In this document: one piece after another, positions 20,035-29,767 of the stretch | Position numbering within the stretch: the first letter of the stretch is position 1 | Layout: every line of letters begins with the position of its first letter | From: Clostridia bacterium | GTDB taxonomy: Bacteria; Bacillota; Clostridia; Oscillospirales; CAG-272 | Direction of reading: 5' to 3' | DNA length: 64,000 nucleotides | Assembly (NCBI GenBank): GCA_017540175.1 | Contig: JAFYBN010000125.1 | Coordinates: 6,108 to 70,107, forward strand | The notes under the pieces: model-generated | Databases searched by the model: none | What the model saw: only the letters and a program-made list of their open reading frames with translations | What the model was told of the DNA's origin: nothing | Made by a program: the position numbers and the translations under genes

Positions 20035-20910
20035 ATGAAAACAGGCGTCTGCTCGACGGATTTTGAAAGATCCCCCCTGCTCTCCCCCGCCGCGCTCTTT
20101 GAGAAGATCAAATCGCTCGGCTTCGACGCCGTACAGTTTTCCTTCACCTCCGTCACGGGCGTCGATTACGAGCCGAGCGGGCTGATCGAGATCCCGGAAG
20201 AGATCCCGCTGAAAACCGTTCTCGACGTGTATCGGGCATCCGAGAAAATCGCCCTGCCCGTCGGGGTCATCAACGCGACCTTCAACATGACGCACCCCGA
20301 CCGCCTCGTGCGTGAAGAGGGACTGCGGCGCTTCGCGAAACTCGCCGAGATCGCGTCCGCCATCGGCTGTCCCATCCTCTCGCTCTGCACCGGGACGCGC
20401 AATACCGCGCACCTCTGGCGGCCTTCACCGGACAACGGCGCCCCCGAGGCGTGGGAAACCATGCTCAGCACGGTGCGGCGCGCCGCACAGATCGCGGAGA
20501 AGGCGGGCGTGTGTCTCGCGGTCGAAACGGAGGCGTCGAACGTGGTCTCCACGCCGGAGAAGGCGCGCCGTCTGCTCGACGAGATCGGTTCTGCGAACCT
20601 CGGCATGATTCTCGATCCGGCGAATCTCTTCCTGCCCGGAGAGGCGAGACCGGAGAACGCGCGCTCCTCCCTGGACCGGGCGTTCGAATGCTTCGGCTCC
20701 GAGATCCTGCTCGCGCACGGAAAGGATATCCGCGCGGGGGACGGCATCGATTTCTGCGGGACGGGGCTCGGGATGGTCGATTTCCCCTATCTCGCAGGGA
20801 AACTGCGCGCATCCGGTTTCCGCGGCGCGATGTACCTCCACGGCATCTACGACGAAGCGGACATGCCGCGCGCCCTTTCCTTCTGGAAAAAGGCGGAAGG
20901 TACACGGTGA
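20035..20910 (+). CDS. Sugar phosphate isomerase/epimerase (xylose-isomerase-like TIM barrel)
   Basis: Inner start MKTGVCSTDF (ATG 20035) of track ORF 19951..20910; LAVETEASNVVSTPEKARRLLDEIGSANLGMILDPANL is typical of this family. Confidence 0.75.
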   Translation: MKTGVCSTDFERSPLLSPAALFEKIKSLGFDAVQFSFTSVTGVDYEPSGLIEIPEEIPLKTVLDVYRASEKIALPVGVINATFNMTHPDRLVREEGLRRFAKLAEIASAIGCPILSLCTGTRNTAHLWRPSPDNGAPEAWETMLSTVRRAAQIAEKAGVCLAVETEASNVVSTPEKARRLLDEIGSANLGMILDPANLFLPGEARPENARSSLDRAFECFGSEILLAHGKDIRAGDGIDFCGTGLGMVDFPYLAGKLRASGFRGAMYLHGIYDEADMPRALSFWKKAEGTR

Positions 20911-20976
20911 CGACACATCGCAGCGACAATAGACAATATCCACAAAAACAAGCCTGAAATTTATCAACGAAAAAGC

Positions 20977-21023
20977 CGGAAAAACGGAGTTGTTCACAAA
21001 ATTGTCTACAATTCCGTTTTCCG
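20977..21023. repeat. Long inverted repeat (candidate operator or RNA hairpin) upstream of the FtsX/ABC pair
   Basis: CGGAAAAACGGAGTTG (20977-20992) pairs with CAATTCCGTTTTCCG (21009-21023): 15 pairs and one bulged A by hand. The 16-nt spacer plus the start of the right arm carries tandem TTGT-N2-ACAA palindromes. An extended -10 TGcTATAAT follows at 21027-21035. Confidence 0.6.
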
Positions 21024-21098
21024 CCGTGCTATAATAATTTAAGTATATTCATCTCCGCCCGCGCGCGGATAATTTCTGACAGGGAGCGGATTTCTGTT

Positions 21099-23402
21099 TT
21101 GGAAAGAGTATTTGAGTATCTGAAACGAAGCATCACCATCGCGTGGAAGACGGTATTTTTCAATTTCCTGCAATACCTTCCGTTCTTCATCGCGATCATC
21201 ATCGTTCAGCTTCTCTACGGCATGATGACGGTGTCGAACGACAACAACAACCGTGTCGAATATCAGCACGTCATGGAGCACTACGACTACCACATGGTGC
21301 TGAAGGGACTGAACGGCGACCAGGCGCGCTACCTGCTCGAGGACAAGGGCGCGGTTTTCAAAAGCGACGTCGTGTTCGACGTAGTCAATTACGAACAGTA
21401 CAAGAACAACTTCAACGGAGAAGAGCGCTTTGACATCTATCTCCGGTTCAAGGGCGAAACGCAGGGCGAACTGAACCAGTCTGTGAAGCGCTTCACGTCC
21501 GGCTACGAAAAAGCGCTTGCACAGCTGGGCGCGGAGGGCACGTCGTTCACCAAATCCATAACGACGCTGCTCAACTTCGAGAAAAACCAAAGGGCGAACG
21601 CCATCACCTTTGTCATCATCACGCTGGTGCTGCTCGCGCTCTCCATCTTCCTGCTGACCTCGCTGTACAACATCCGGATCAATCAGTATAAATTCCAGTA
21701 CGGTATTTATCTGACCTTCGGCGCGGACTTCAAGATGCTGTTCTCGACATGCTTCTGGGAGCTCTTCGTCATTTTCGTCGTGACCTTCATCCCGACCATG
21801 ATGCTCTCGACGTTCATCTCCTGGATGTTCTACCGTGTATCGGGCTACGGATTCCTCTTCAACGGTCTGTCGATCCTGAAGACCTTCCTCTTCACCCTGG
21901 TCGTCATTCTCGCCTCCTGCTGGACGCCGATGAAGATCATGTCGGTGAAGGACCCGATGGGACTCATCATCACCGAGGACAACTCGAACCTCGTCACCTC
22001 TCCGCGGCGTTCCTTCAACATCTTCGCGGAAAAGTTCCCGACTAAATACGAATTCTATTCGATCTGGCGTTTCCGGAAATACAACATCCAGCTTCTTTCC
22101 TCCGCGATCGTATTCTGCGCCCTGTTCATCATGGGTCTTTACATGGCGGACATCTACAACACAGACCTGAATTATCCGCGTCCGCAGTTTGAGGTGGACC
22201 TGAAGGATTCGGGCTTCGAATACGACGAGCTGATGAGCAAGGAGCTCTACGCCATGGACGGCGTGCGGGCGGTCGAAATCAACGACAACTCGACGGAAGC
22301 GATGGACATCGCCTCGCACATGCTCGTGAAGTCCTCCCACGTCCGCCTCTTCAAAAACCTCGTGACCTACAGCGGCACGGAGTTCCCCGAGGCACAGAAC
22401 GGCAACTGGCGCGTCTCAAACGACGTGGTCTACACCGCTCTGCCCGAGGAGCAGATCCAGATCCTCGAGGATTATGACATCAAGCTTCTCGACAGTCTCT
22501 CCAGCCTGAGCGACTGCATCAAGGATCCGCAGTACGTCATCGTCGGCGACTCCGTCTCGAACGTTCCCACCTTCAAGTACAAGGTCGGCGACGAGATCTG
22601 GATCGGCGTCAAGACGGGACAGATCCGTTCGGTCGACTCGAACTCGACGGGACGCGCGCTGCTCAAGAGTCAGGTTTCCTACTTCCACTTCGAATACCAC
22701 AAGTTCATCATCGGCGCGATCATCTACGACATTCCCTCCGGCTCCACGCCGATCTTCATGAACCTCGACAACTACAAGACGATCACGGGCAAGACGCCGA
22801 AGGCGACCTCGTTCAGCATCTATGTCGATCACGGGATCACGCCCGACGCGGTGAACGCTTTGTACGCCGATATCCGCGACTGGAGCCACGATTACGGCGA
22901 CGTCAAGGTTTCGAACACGGACATCACCCTGCTCAACGCCATTACCCGCGACAAGCACTACGGCGAGCTTTACATCGCGATCTCCCTTTTGATCCTCTGC
23001 ATCTCCCCGCTGATCTGGTTCTTCTCCCAGACCCTCTATTACACGAAGCGCGAGCGGGAGTTCAACATTCTCCAGTCCCTCGGCGCGATCGGAAAGGAGA
23101 TACGGCAGATCTACCTGCAGGGCGGTCTGTGCATGGCGACCATGTCGCTCATTGTATCGATCATTCTGAGCTACGCGGGCAGTTACCTCTTGTTCTACGT
23201 CTACAACGTCGTCGTGCCGTACTTCACCAAAGAGAACGTGCGCTACGTCTTCTACATGCCTTGGTACGCCATCCTGACGAGCATCGTCATGTCCGTCTTC
23301 TGCGGCTTCTTCTCCACCTACCTGCCCTTCCGCAGCTATTACAAGCACCGTTATTCGCTTGAAAACGGCGGCGCGGGCAAGGAATTCGGCGCGGACGAAT
23401 AA
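21099..23402 (+). CDS. ABC transporter permease, FtsX-like, duplicated (about 8 TM helices)
   Basis: 767 aa, TTG start; two groups of hydrophobic helices, each preceded by a large soluble segment, as in MacB/FtsX-type permeases; followed by its ATPase. Confidence 0.8.
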   Translation: MERVFEYLKRSITIAWKTVFFNFLQYLPFFIAIIIVQLLYGMMTVSNDNNNRVEYQHVMEHYDYHMVLKGLNGDQARYLLEDKGAVFKSDVVFDVVNYEQYKNNFNGEERFDIYLRFKGETQGELNQSVKRFTSGYEKALAQLGAEGTSFTKSITTLLNFEKNQRANAITFVIITLVLLALSIFLLTSLYNIRINQYKFQYGIYLTFGADFKMLFSTCFWELFVIFVVTFIPTMMLSTFISWMFYRVSGYGFLFNGLSILKTFLFTLVVILASCWTPMKIMSVKDPMGLIITEDNSNLVTSPRRSFNIFAEKFPTKYEFYSIWRFRKYNIQLLSSAIVFCALFIMGLYMADIYNTDLNYPRPQFEVDLKDSGFEYDELMSKELYAMDGVRAVEINDNSTEAMDIASHMLVKSSHVRLFKNLVTYSGTEFPEAQNGNWRVSNDVVYTALPEEQIQILEDYDIKLLDSLSSLSDCIKDPQYVIVGDSVSNVPTFKYKVGDEIWIGVKTGQIRSVDSNSTGRALLKSQVSYFHFEYHKFIIGAIIYDIPSGSTPIFMNLDNYKTITGKTPKATSFSIYVDHGITPDAVNALYADIRDWSHDYGDVKVSNTDITLLNAITRDKHYGELYIAISLLILCISPLIWFFSQTLYYTKREREFNILQSLGAIGKEIRQIYLQGGLCMATMSLIVSIILSYAGSYLLFYVYNVVVPYFTKENVRYVFYMPWYAILTSIVMSVFCGFFSTYLPFRSYYKHRYSLENGGAGKEFGADE

Positions 23403-23447
23403 GCGCCCCGAAATCATACCGTTCGATCGAGAAAGGAATACGATTTT

Positions 23448-24182
23448 ATGGCAAATACAACTCCCGAATACATGCTCCAGACGGAGAGCGTCATCAAGCA
23501 GTACAAGCAGTACGATACCGTCATCACGGCTGTCAACCGCGCGTCCATCAAGGTCGAGGCGGGCGAATTCGTCGCCATCATCGGCACGTCCGGCTCCGGT
23601 AAATCGACGTTTCTCCACATCTGCGCTGGGCTTGACTCCTGCGACGCTGGGCGCGTTCTGATCCGCGGTCAGGATATCACGAAAATGTCGGCGGACGAGC
23701 TGAGCCGCTTCCGCGGGAGCAACATGGGCTTCGTCTTCCAGCGCCACAACCTCATTCCGCAGTTCACCGCGCTCGAAAACATCCTGATCCCGACCATGAT
23801 GTGCAACAAGCCGGAGCTTTCCTATCAGGAGACTCTGAGGCGTCTCGTGGAGACCCTCCAGCTCACCGAACGTCTCAACCACCTCCCATCCGAGCTTTCC
23901 GGCGGTCAGCAGCAGCGCGTCGCCATCGCCCGCGCGATGATCAACATGCCGGACATCCTCTTCGCCGACGAGCCGACCGGCAACCTTGACCGCGCCAACG
24001 CGGACGAGGTGCTGAAGCTGCTCCTCAAAACGCGTCAGGACATGGGTCAGACCCTGATCATGGTCACGCACGACCTTTCCATTGCCGAGCACGCGGACCG
24101 CATCTTCCGCATGGAAAACGGTCACCTCTCGCTCGAGCGCGACTACATCGGCGGCACGAAGCGCACCGTCACGTCGTACTGA
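23448..24182 (+). CDS. ABC transporter ATP-binding protein (MacB/LolD-like)
   Basis: Walker [10 protein letters not shown], signature LSGGQQQR, Walker [10 protein letters not shown]-loop VTHD. Confidence 0.92.
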   Translation: MANTTPEYMLQTESVIKQYKQYDTVITAVNRASIKVEAGEFVAIIGTSGSGKSTFLHICAGLDSCDAGRVLIRGQDITKMSADELSRFRGSNMGFVFQRHNLIPQFTALENILIPTMMCNKPELSYQETLRRLVETLQLTERLNHLPSELSGGQQQRVAIARAMINMPDILFADEPTGNLDRANADEVLKLLLKTRQDMGQTLIMVTHDLSIAEHADRIFRMENGHLSLERDYIGGTKRTVTSY

Positions 24183-24198
24183 ACCGCATCGCGAATAC

Positions 24199-24236
24199 AG
24201 GATCGAACGCGCCGCCTGCTCGTTCGATCCTTTTTT
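24199..24236 (+). terminator. Rho-independent terminator
   Basis: AGGATCGAACG (24199-24209) pairs with CGTTCGATCCT (24221-24231), followed by TTTTT. Confidence 0.8.
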
Positions 24237-24395
24237 CGATGAAAATGCCGCGCGGGAAGCGCGGCATCGGCCCGAAAACCGGAGAAACGCGCCATCCCCC
24301 GGTATAAGTCCTCCCCTTCCGATCAAGCCGCCGTATGTTTTTCGTCCTCCGCGCATAGGATCGACCGTACCGATTCCTCCGGAGGTGCCCGCGTC

Positions 24396-25172
24396 TTGCG
24401 AAACCGAGTGATCCCGAAACGTCTTGCCGTGTTTTTCTCCTCCGCCGCCCTGCTCCTCTTTTCCGTCCTGTGCTCCGCGGCGGGACTTGTCCTCGTCCGC
24501 ACGGCGCGGCTGCCCGAGGCGCCGGCTGTGCAGACGGCGGAGAGCGTGCCGCAGAACTCCGTACCGCTGCTCGTCGTCGATCCCGGTCACGGAGGACAGG
24601 ACGGGGGCGCGTCCGCCGAGGGCGGTGACGTGCTCGAAAAAGACCTCAACCTCGCGGTCTCGGGAAACGTCGCCGATCTCTGCGCCGTCTTCGGCCTTCC
24701 CGTCCGGCTGACGCGGACCGAAGACGTGCTGCTCTACGATTACTTCGGGGACCTTGACGATTACACGGGCAAGCAGAAAACCTACGATCTGAAAAACCGT
24801 CTCCGCATCGCGGAGGAATCCGGCGCGCGGCTTCTCGTGAGCGTTCATATGAACCAGTTCCCTCAGGCAAGCTGCCGGGGCTTTCAGGTCTATTATTCCC
24901 CGAACGACCCGGATTCCCGCGTCGCGGCACAGCGGATACAGTCCGCCGCGCGCTCGTTCCTCGACCGGGAGAACGACCGCGAAATCAAGCCCGCCACGTC
25001 GGCGATCTACCTTTTAAAGCACGTCCGCATTCCCGCCGTTCTCGCGGAATGCGGGTTTCTCTCGAATCCGGAGGAACGCGCCCTGCTCGTTTCCCCGGAT
25101 TACCGGCGGCGTCTCGCGGCGGTCCTCTTTGTTCCCGCCGCGGATTACCTTGCCGAACAAATCCATGACTGA
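24396..25172 (+). CDS. cwlD: N-acetylmuramoyl-L-alanine amidase, CwlD-like
   Basis: TTG start 8 nt after GGAGGTG; N-terminal TM anchor, then Amidase_3 domain (VVDPGHGGQDGGA ... AECGFLSN). Confidence 0.7.
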   Translation: MRNRVIPKRLAVFFSSAALLLFSVLCSAAGLVLVRTARLPEAPAVQTAESVPQNSVPLLVVDPGHGGQDGGASAEGGDVLEKDLNLAVSGNVADLCAVFGLPVRLTRTEDVLLYDYFGDLDDYTGKQKTYDLKNRLRIAEESGARLLVSVHMNQFPQASCRGFQVYYSPNDPDSRVAAQRIQSAARSFLDRENDREIKPATSAIYLLKHVRIPAVLAECGFLSNPEERALLVSPDYRRRLAAVLFVPAADYLAEQIHD

Positions 25173-25184
25173 CCGGAGGTTCAA

Positions 25185-26249
25185 ATGCCCGTTTTTCTGT
25201 CGAACCGCACAGAACCGACCCCGTACCCGCAGACCGGCGATTCCGTCCTGACGGTGAGGGACGGCGGCGGAAGGATCTGCGCTTATCTGCCCGCTTCGCC
25301 CGCATCGCCCGCTTCCAGGGAGGAGCTTATGCGTCTTCTCCCCGAGCTTTTCCGCGGCACGGCACAGCGGGGTGAGAGCACGCTCTTTCTGCCCGCCCTT
25401 CCGCTCAGCCCCGCGGAAATCACGGATTGTGCCGGTGAGTACGCGGACGAGCTGACGGTTTATATCGCAAGCCGGAAGATCCCCCTCGCCTTTCCCGATC
25501 TGAACGAGCGGATCGGAGCAGCTGCCTTTTCACACCGTCCTTCCGCTCCGACCTCTGCCCGGTTCGCACCGGACTCCTTCTCGCACGTCGAAAACGCGCG
25601 TCTTCCGTACGCCGCGGCTGAAAAGAAGGCCGAAAAACGGAAGAAGGAGAGTTTGGCACAGCGGCTGAGAAGACCGCGGAAAAACGGAAAGGACGCCGCT
25701 CAATACGAGCCGACGGAAGCTCCGCTGATCCCGCCGGCGCAGGCGTTCGGTCATGCAGCCCCGCTCCCGTCGGAGACTCGTGAGGATGCGGACGAGCCCG
25801 TTTTTGAAGACGCCGCATTCGCCGAGAGCGAAGCTTTCATCCGACCGGCGGAGGCTCCCCCCGTCCTCTCCCCCCAGCCGCAGTCCCTGAGCGACGCGGT
25901 GCGCATGATCGATGAGAGCTTTTCCGAAATGCTGCTGCGCAAGATCGACGAGCGCGGGATGAAGGACTCGGAATGCTACCGCCGCGCAAACGTGGACCGC
26001 AAGCATTTCTCGAAAATCCGAAGTGATCCGCATTACCGCCCGAGCAAGCCGACCGTGCTGGCCTTTGCCATCGCGCTCGAGCTGAGTCTCGCCGAAACGG
26101 AGGAAATGCTCCTCAAGGCGGGCTTCGCGCTCTCCCCGTCCTCCGCGTTCGACATCATTATCCGCTACTTCATCGAGCGGGGGAATTACAATATTTTCGA
26201 AATCAACGAGGCGCTTTATTCGTTCGATCAGACGCAGCTCGGCGCGTAA
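25185..26249 (+). CDS. Hypothetical protein with C-terminal helix-turn-helix domain
   Basis: 354 aa; unknown N-terminal part, Pro/Ala/Glu-rich linker. The C-terminal about 100 aa ([49 protein letters not shown]) resembles XRE-like HTH modules common in Clostridia. Confidence 0.6.
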   Translation: MPVFLSNRTEPTPYPQTGDSVLTVRDGGGRICAYLPASPASPASREELMRLLPELFRGTAQRGESTLFLPALPLSPAEITDCAGEYADELTVYIASRKIPLAFPDLNERIGAAAFSHRPSAPTSARFAPDSFSHVENARLPYAAAEKKAEKRKKESLAQRLRRPRKNGKDAAQYEPTEAPLIPPAQAFGHAAPLPSETREDADEPVFEDAAFAESEAFIRPAEAPPVLSPQPQSLSDAVRMIDESFSEMLLRKIDERGMKDSECYRRANVDRKHFSKIRSDPHYRPSKPTVLAFAIALELSLAETEEMLLKAGFALSPSSAFDIIIRYFIERGNYNIFEINEALYSFDQTQLGA

Positions 26250-26348
26250 GGCGTGAAAATGTCGCTTGGCGGGCGACCATTTCGCCGCCTCCCTGTGGTA
26301 GAATATGTCCGTAAACAAAAAACACCACCACACAGGGAGGATTTCAAA

Positions 26349-26984
26349 ATGAAAAAGGGACTGACCGAACTCGTATTCATTCTCGACAAGAGCGGTTCCA
26401 TGGCGGACCTCACCGACGACACCATCGGGGGCTTCAACTCCATGATCGCGAAGCAGAAGGAGGAGGACGGGGAATGCCTCGTCACGACCGTGCTCTTCGC
26501 AAACGAAGCGGCCACCGTGCACGACCGCGTACCGCTCGCGAAAATCGAGCCGATGACCCGCCGGGATTACTGCGCCGCCGGGTGCACCGCCCTGTTCGAC
26601 GCGGTCGGGAGCACCGTGCGCCACATCGAGACCATCCACCGCTATGCGCGCGAGGAAGACCGCCCCGAGCGCACCCTCTTCGTCATCACGACCGACGGCA
26701 TGGAAAACGCAAGCCGTCAGTTCAGCGGCGCTGAGGTCAAGTCGCTCGTGGAAAAGGCGAAGAGTGAACAGGGCTTCGAATTCCTCTTCCTCGCCGCGAA
26801 CATCGACGCCGCGGCGGGCGCGCAGACCATCGGGATCGCGCAGGAGTGCGCCATGCCCTATATCGCGGACAAAAAGGAAACGAACCGCCTCTACCGCCGC
26901 ATTTCCAAAACCGTCGGCGCGTTCCGCGGAGGCGTCGCCCCGGAGGCATGCTTCGACATGATGCGGGAAGACAAGGACGACTGA
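26349..26984 (+). CDS. von Willebrand factor type A domain protein
   Basis: Inner start MKKGLTELVFILDKSGSM (ATG 26349 after GGGAGGA); MIDAS motif DKSGS (DxSxS) and later TDG. Confidence 0.8.
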   Translation: MKKGLTELVFILDKSGSMADLTDDTIGGFNSMIAKQKEEDGECLVTTVLFANEAATVHDRVPLAKIEPMTRRDYCAAGCTALFDAVGSTVRHIETIHRYAREEDRPERTLFVITTDGMENASRQFSGAEVKSLVEKAKSEQGFEFLFLAANIDAAAGAQTIGIAQECAMPYIADKKETNRLYRRISKTVGAFRGGVAPEACFDMMREDKDD

Positions 26985-27124
26985 ACCTAGAATCCCGAGA
27001 GGCGGATCCCCGAACGGCATTCGGCGGTCCGCAGCTGCCGGATAACCGCGAAACGGATTCCGATGGATCACCGAGCCGGGCTCCGGCTGAGTCCGGCGTT
27101 TTTCACTGACAGAACCCATAGAAA

Positions 27125-27160
27125 AAGCCTGCTTGCCGAAAATCGGCGGGCAGGCTTTTC
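27125..27160. terminator. Bidirectional rho-independent terminator
   Basis: 14-bp stem AAGCCTGCTTGCCG / CGGCGGGCAGGCTT (two G-U pairs), AAAAT loop, A-run upstream and a T-run downstream; lies between convergent genes. Confidence 0.75.
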
Positions 27161-27183
27161 GCTTCGCTTGTTTTTGAGGGCTA

Positions 27184-28476
27184 TTATTTCTTTCTCTTGA
27201 TCCCGTCGAAGATCTTCTGCATCCACTTCGGCGCCTTCCATGCGCGTTCCTTGTTCTCGATGATCGCCCGGTAATCCTGGTCCTGATAATACTCGCCCGT
27301 TTCGACCGGAAGTCCCTTTTCCGTGAGCCGCTTTTCCGTGATCTCCTTGACGAAGGCGTAGATCACCGCGAACAGGGGCACGCCGAAGAACATGCCGAAC
27401 ACGCCGAACAGCCCGCCCGTAATGGTGATCGATACGATGACCCAGAGCGGCGAGAGCCCGATGAAATTGCCGAGGATCTTCGGACCGATGACGTTGCCGT
27501 CAAGCTGCTGGAGAAGGAAGACCATGAGAATGAACCAGAACGTCATTTTCGGCTCGGCGATCAGGACGAAGAACGCCGACGGAATCGCGCCGATGATGGG
27601 ACCGAAGAACGGAATGACGTTGGTGATGCCGATGATCATGGAGATCAGCGCGGGATAGGGCATGCGGAAGATCGACATGAGGATGAAGCACAAAAAACCG
27701 ATGATGACGGAATCGAGGATCTTGCCGTTGATGAATCCGCCGAAGGTATGATCGGTCATGGCCGTATAATGGACGATGCGCTCATACGTCGGTTCCTTGA
27801 AGATCGATTTGAACAGCTTCTTCACCTGTGCGAACAGGCTCTCCTTGAAGAGGAGGAAGTAGATGCCGAAGACAATGCCGAGCAGAACGTTCTTCGCCTC
27901 GGTCGCGAAGGTGCTGACGTAGGAGGTCGCGCCGGACAGAAGCGTCTGGATATTGTTGTAGAACCATTCGATCGCCTTCGTGACGAATTCCCCGAGCCGG
28001 GTCCTCCACTCGCTGAACAGGTCGGATTCGATGATCGGCTCGAGCAGACGGTTGTCCGTCGTGAAATTGTTGAACCAGTTCTGAACGGAAAACGCGTATT
28101 CCCGCATCCGCTCCGTGAGCGTGCGCACGCTGTCCGCGATCTGGGGAATGACCGCGCCCATGAAGAGGGCGATGATGGAGAGAAATACCGCGTAGGTCAA
28201 AATCAGCGCGAGGGTGCGGACGAGCTTTTTCCTCGGCTTCTTTTTTTCGATGAAGGAGAAAACATGCTTCTCGAAGAACCTGAGCAGCGGCCACAGGATA
28301 TAGGCGACGATCATGGCGTAAAGCAGGGGCTTCGCCGCGCCGATGAAGGTCGAGAAGAATTTCCCGATTTCGGATCGCCAGATATATAAGAGGACGACGG
28401 CAAGCAGGATGGCGCCGACTGTCACGAGTATGCCGATCAGCTTGTTCCGGTCATGCTTCGACCAGTCAAATTTCAA
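27184..28476 (-). CDS. AI-2E family transporter (PerM/YtvI-like)
   Basis: Track ORF 27184..28518 starts at a GTG overlapping the upstream gene. I prefer TTG 28476, 7 nt after AAGGAG. Multiple TM helices and a conserved C-terminal half typical of AI-2E permeases. Confidence 0.8.
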   Translation of the reverse strand: MKFDWSKHDRNKLIGILVTVGAILLAVVLLYIWRSEIGKFFSTFIGAAKPLLYAMIVAYILWPLLRFFEKHVFSFIEKKKPRKKLVRTLALILTYAVFLSIIALFMGAVIPQIADSVRTLTERMREYAFSVQNWFNNFTTDNRLLEPIIESDLFSEWRTRLGEFVTKAIEWFYNNIQTLLSGATSYVSTFATEAKNVLLGIVFGIYFLLFKESLFAQVKKLFKSIFKEPTYERIVHYTAMTDHTFGGFINGKILDSVIIGFLCFILMSIFRMPYPALISMIIGITNVIPFFGPIIGAIPSAFFVLIAEPKMTFWFILMVFLLQQLDGNVIGPKILGNFIGLSPLWVIVSITITGGLFGVFGMFFGVPLFAVIYAFVKEITEKRLTEKGLPVETGEYYQDQDYRAIIENKERAWKAPKWMQKIFDGIKRKK

Positions 28477-28511
28477 AGCGTTCGCTCCTTTCCCTGGATT
28501 CGCGCGGCGTC

Positions 28512-29588
28512 TTACCACGCGGGGATGTCGCAGAGAGGAAGAATTTCATAGCCCTGCCCCCGGATCCAGTCGATCAGCATGCCGAGCATATCGGCGTTCG
28601 TCGAGGATTCGGCGTGCAGGAGATATACCGCGCCCGGGTGCAGACCGAGCTTCGCGGTTCCGAGCCCGGCCTCCACGCTCGGCTGCCACGTCTCGTGCCA
28701 GTCGTCGTAGGCGAACGACCACAGCACCGTGCGGTATCCGAGCTTGGCCTCCAGCCGGAGCAGCCATTCGTTGACCGAGCCCTTGGGCGGTCTCATATAG
28801 ATCATATCCGGCGCGTAGGGAAACGCCTCCTTCAGCGCCGCTTCGGTCTGCTTCATTTCGTCGACGACCTCATCGACAGTCAATTCGGGCAGCGCGGGGT
28901 GGGTATTCGTGTGGCTCCCCACGATGTGCCCCTCGTTCAGCATTCGCCCGACGAGCTCCGGATTATTCCGGATATACGTTCCCGTGACGAAAAACGTACC
29001 GGGAACCCGCTTTTCGGCAAGAGTGTCGAGGATCTTTCCGGTCACGCCGGTTTCATATCCGCAGTCGAAGGTAAGATACATGCACTTCTTCGTCTCGTCG
29101 CCGCGGTAGATCGCGCCGTACTTCCGAAACGCCTCGAGCGTCGCCTCTTTGCGGTCGGCGGTCGTTCCGGGCACCGCCCAGTGATAGGTCACCTCGCCCG
29201 TCGCCGTGTCGTAGGTCGTCTTTCCCGGGAACCAGTCGTCCGGATCGGGCTCCTTTACGGCATCGGGGAAGCGGGCGCGGGAGAAGGTCTCCATCTCGGA
29301 AAGGGTCGCCTCTCCGGAGGTGTCGCGCGCGGGGAAACGGTAGAGATACGAGCCGTTTTCGATCTTCCACTGGACCTTGTAAAACGGCGCGAGCGAATCG
29401 ACAGGCTTTTCGGGAACGTCCCATACCTCGCCCGCCCACGGGTCATAGACCGGGACGGCTTTCTTCGTCACCCTGCCCACGCCGTATTCGCTCGGCGGAT
29501 CGGGGGGGAGCTCCGGGGAGGAGCAGGCAAACAGCGAGAGGACCAGCACAAGCGGCAAAAGCCAAATGACGGCTCGTTCGAACTTCAT
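28512..29588 (-). CDS. Polysaccharide deacetylase (NodB domain) lipoprotein, PdaA-like
   Basis: Start at MKFERAV (ATG 29588 after GGGAGGA); lipobox LSLFAC; NodB motifs LTFDCGY and HIVGSHTNTHP. Confidence 0.85.
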   Translation of the reverse strand: MKFERAVIWLLPLVLVLSLFACSSPELPPDPPSEYGVGRVTKKAVPVYDPWAGEVWDVPEKPVDSLAPFYKVQWKIENGSYLYRFPARDTSGEATLSEMETFSRARFPDAVKEPDPDDWFPGKTTYDTATGEVTYHWAVPGTTADRKEATLEAFRKYGAIYRGDETKKCMYLTFDCGYETGVTGKILDTLAEKRVPGTFFVTGTYIRNNPELVGRMLNEGHIVGSHTNTHPALPELTVDEVVDEMKQTEAALKEAFPYAPDMIYMRPPKGSVNEWLLRLEAKLGYRTVLWSFAYDDWHETWQPSVEAGLGTAKLGLHPGAVYLLHAESSTNADMLGMLIDWIRGQGYEILPLCDIPAW

Positions 29589-29625
29589 TTCATCCTCCCA
29601 TTGCCTGAGAAATCCATCCGTAAAT

Positions 29626-29654
29626 ATTATACACGATGGACGCTTCCATTGCAA
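29626..29654 (-). promoter_or_regulatory. SigmaA-type promoter for the deacetylase and AI-2E genes
   Basis: Minus strand reads TTGCAA (29654-29649), 17-nt spacer, TGtTATAAT (-10 at 29631-29626). Confidence 0.55.
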
Positions 29655-29767
29655 GAGAGAAGCGGCGCAAATCCGAAAAATATTTTCCGTCGGCGCACTT
29701 TGCCCCTGTACTTTTCTCAGCTTCCGTGGTATAATGAAGCCATGCAGAAAAACAACGGAGACGCCCG

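Noticed and set aside
24243-24270. Second hairpin ATGCCGCGC-GGGAA-GCGCGGCAT after the ABC operon terminator
   Set aside because: It is a perfect 9-bp stem, but no T-run follows. The preceding hairpin already provides a canonical terminator, so no function could be assigned.
22416-24848. 810-aa minus-strand ORF
   Set aside because: It is antisense to the FtsX permease, the ABC ATPase (clear Walker motifs on the plus strand) and the amidase. This is a GC-driven shadow ORF. The same reasoning applies to 752..2146, 5839..7236, 4680..5840, 25530..27119, 43895..45175 and similar track entries.
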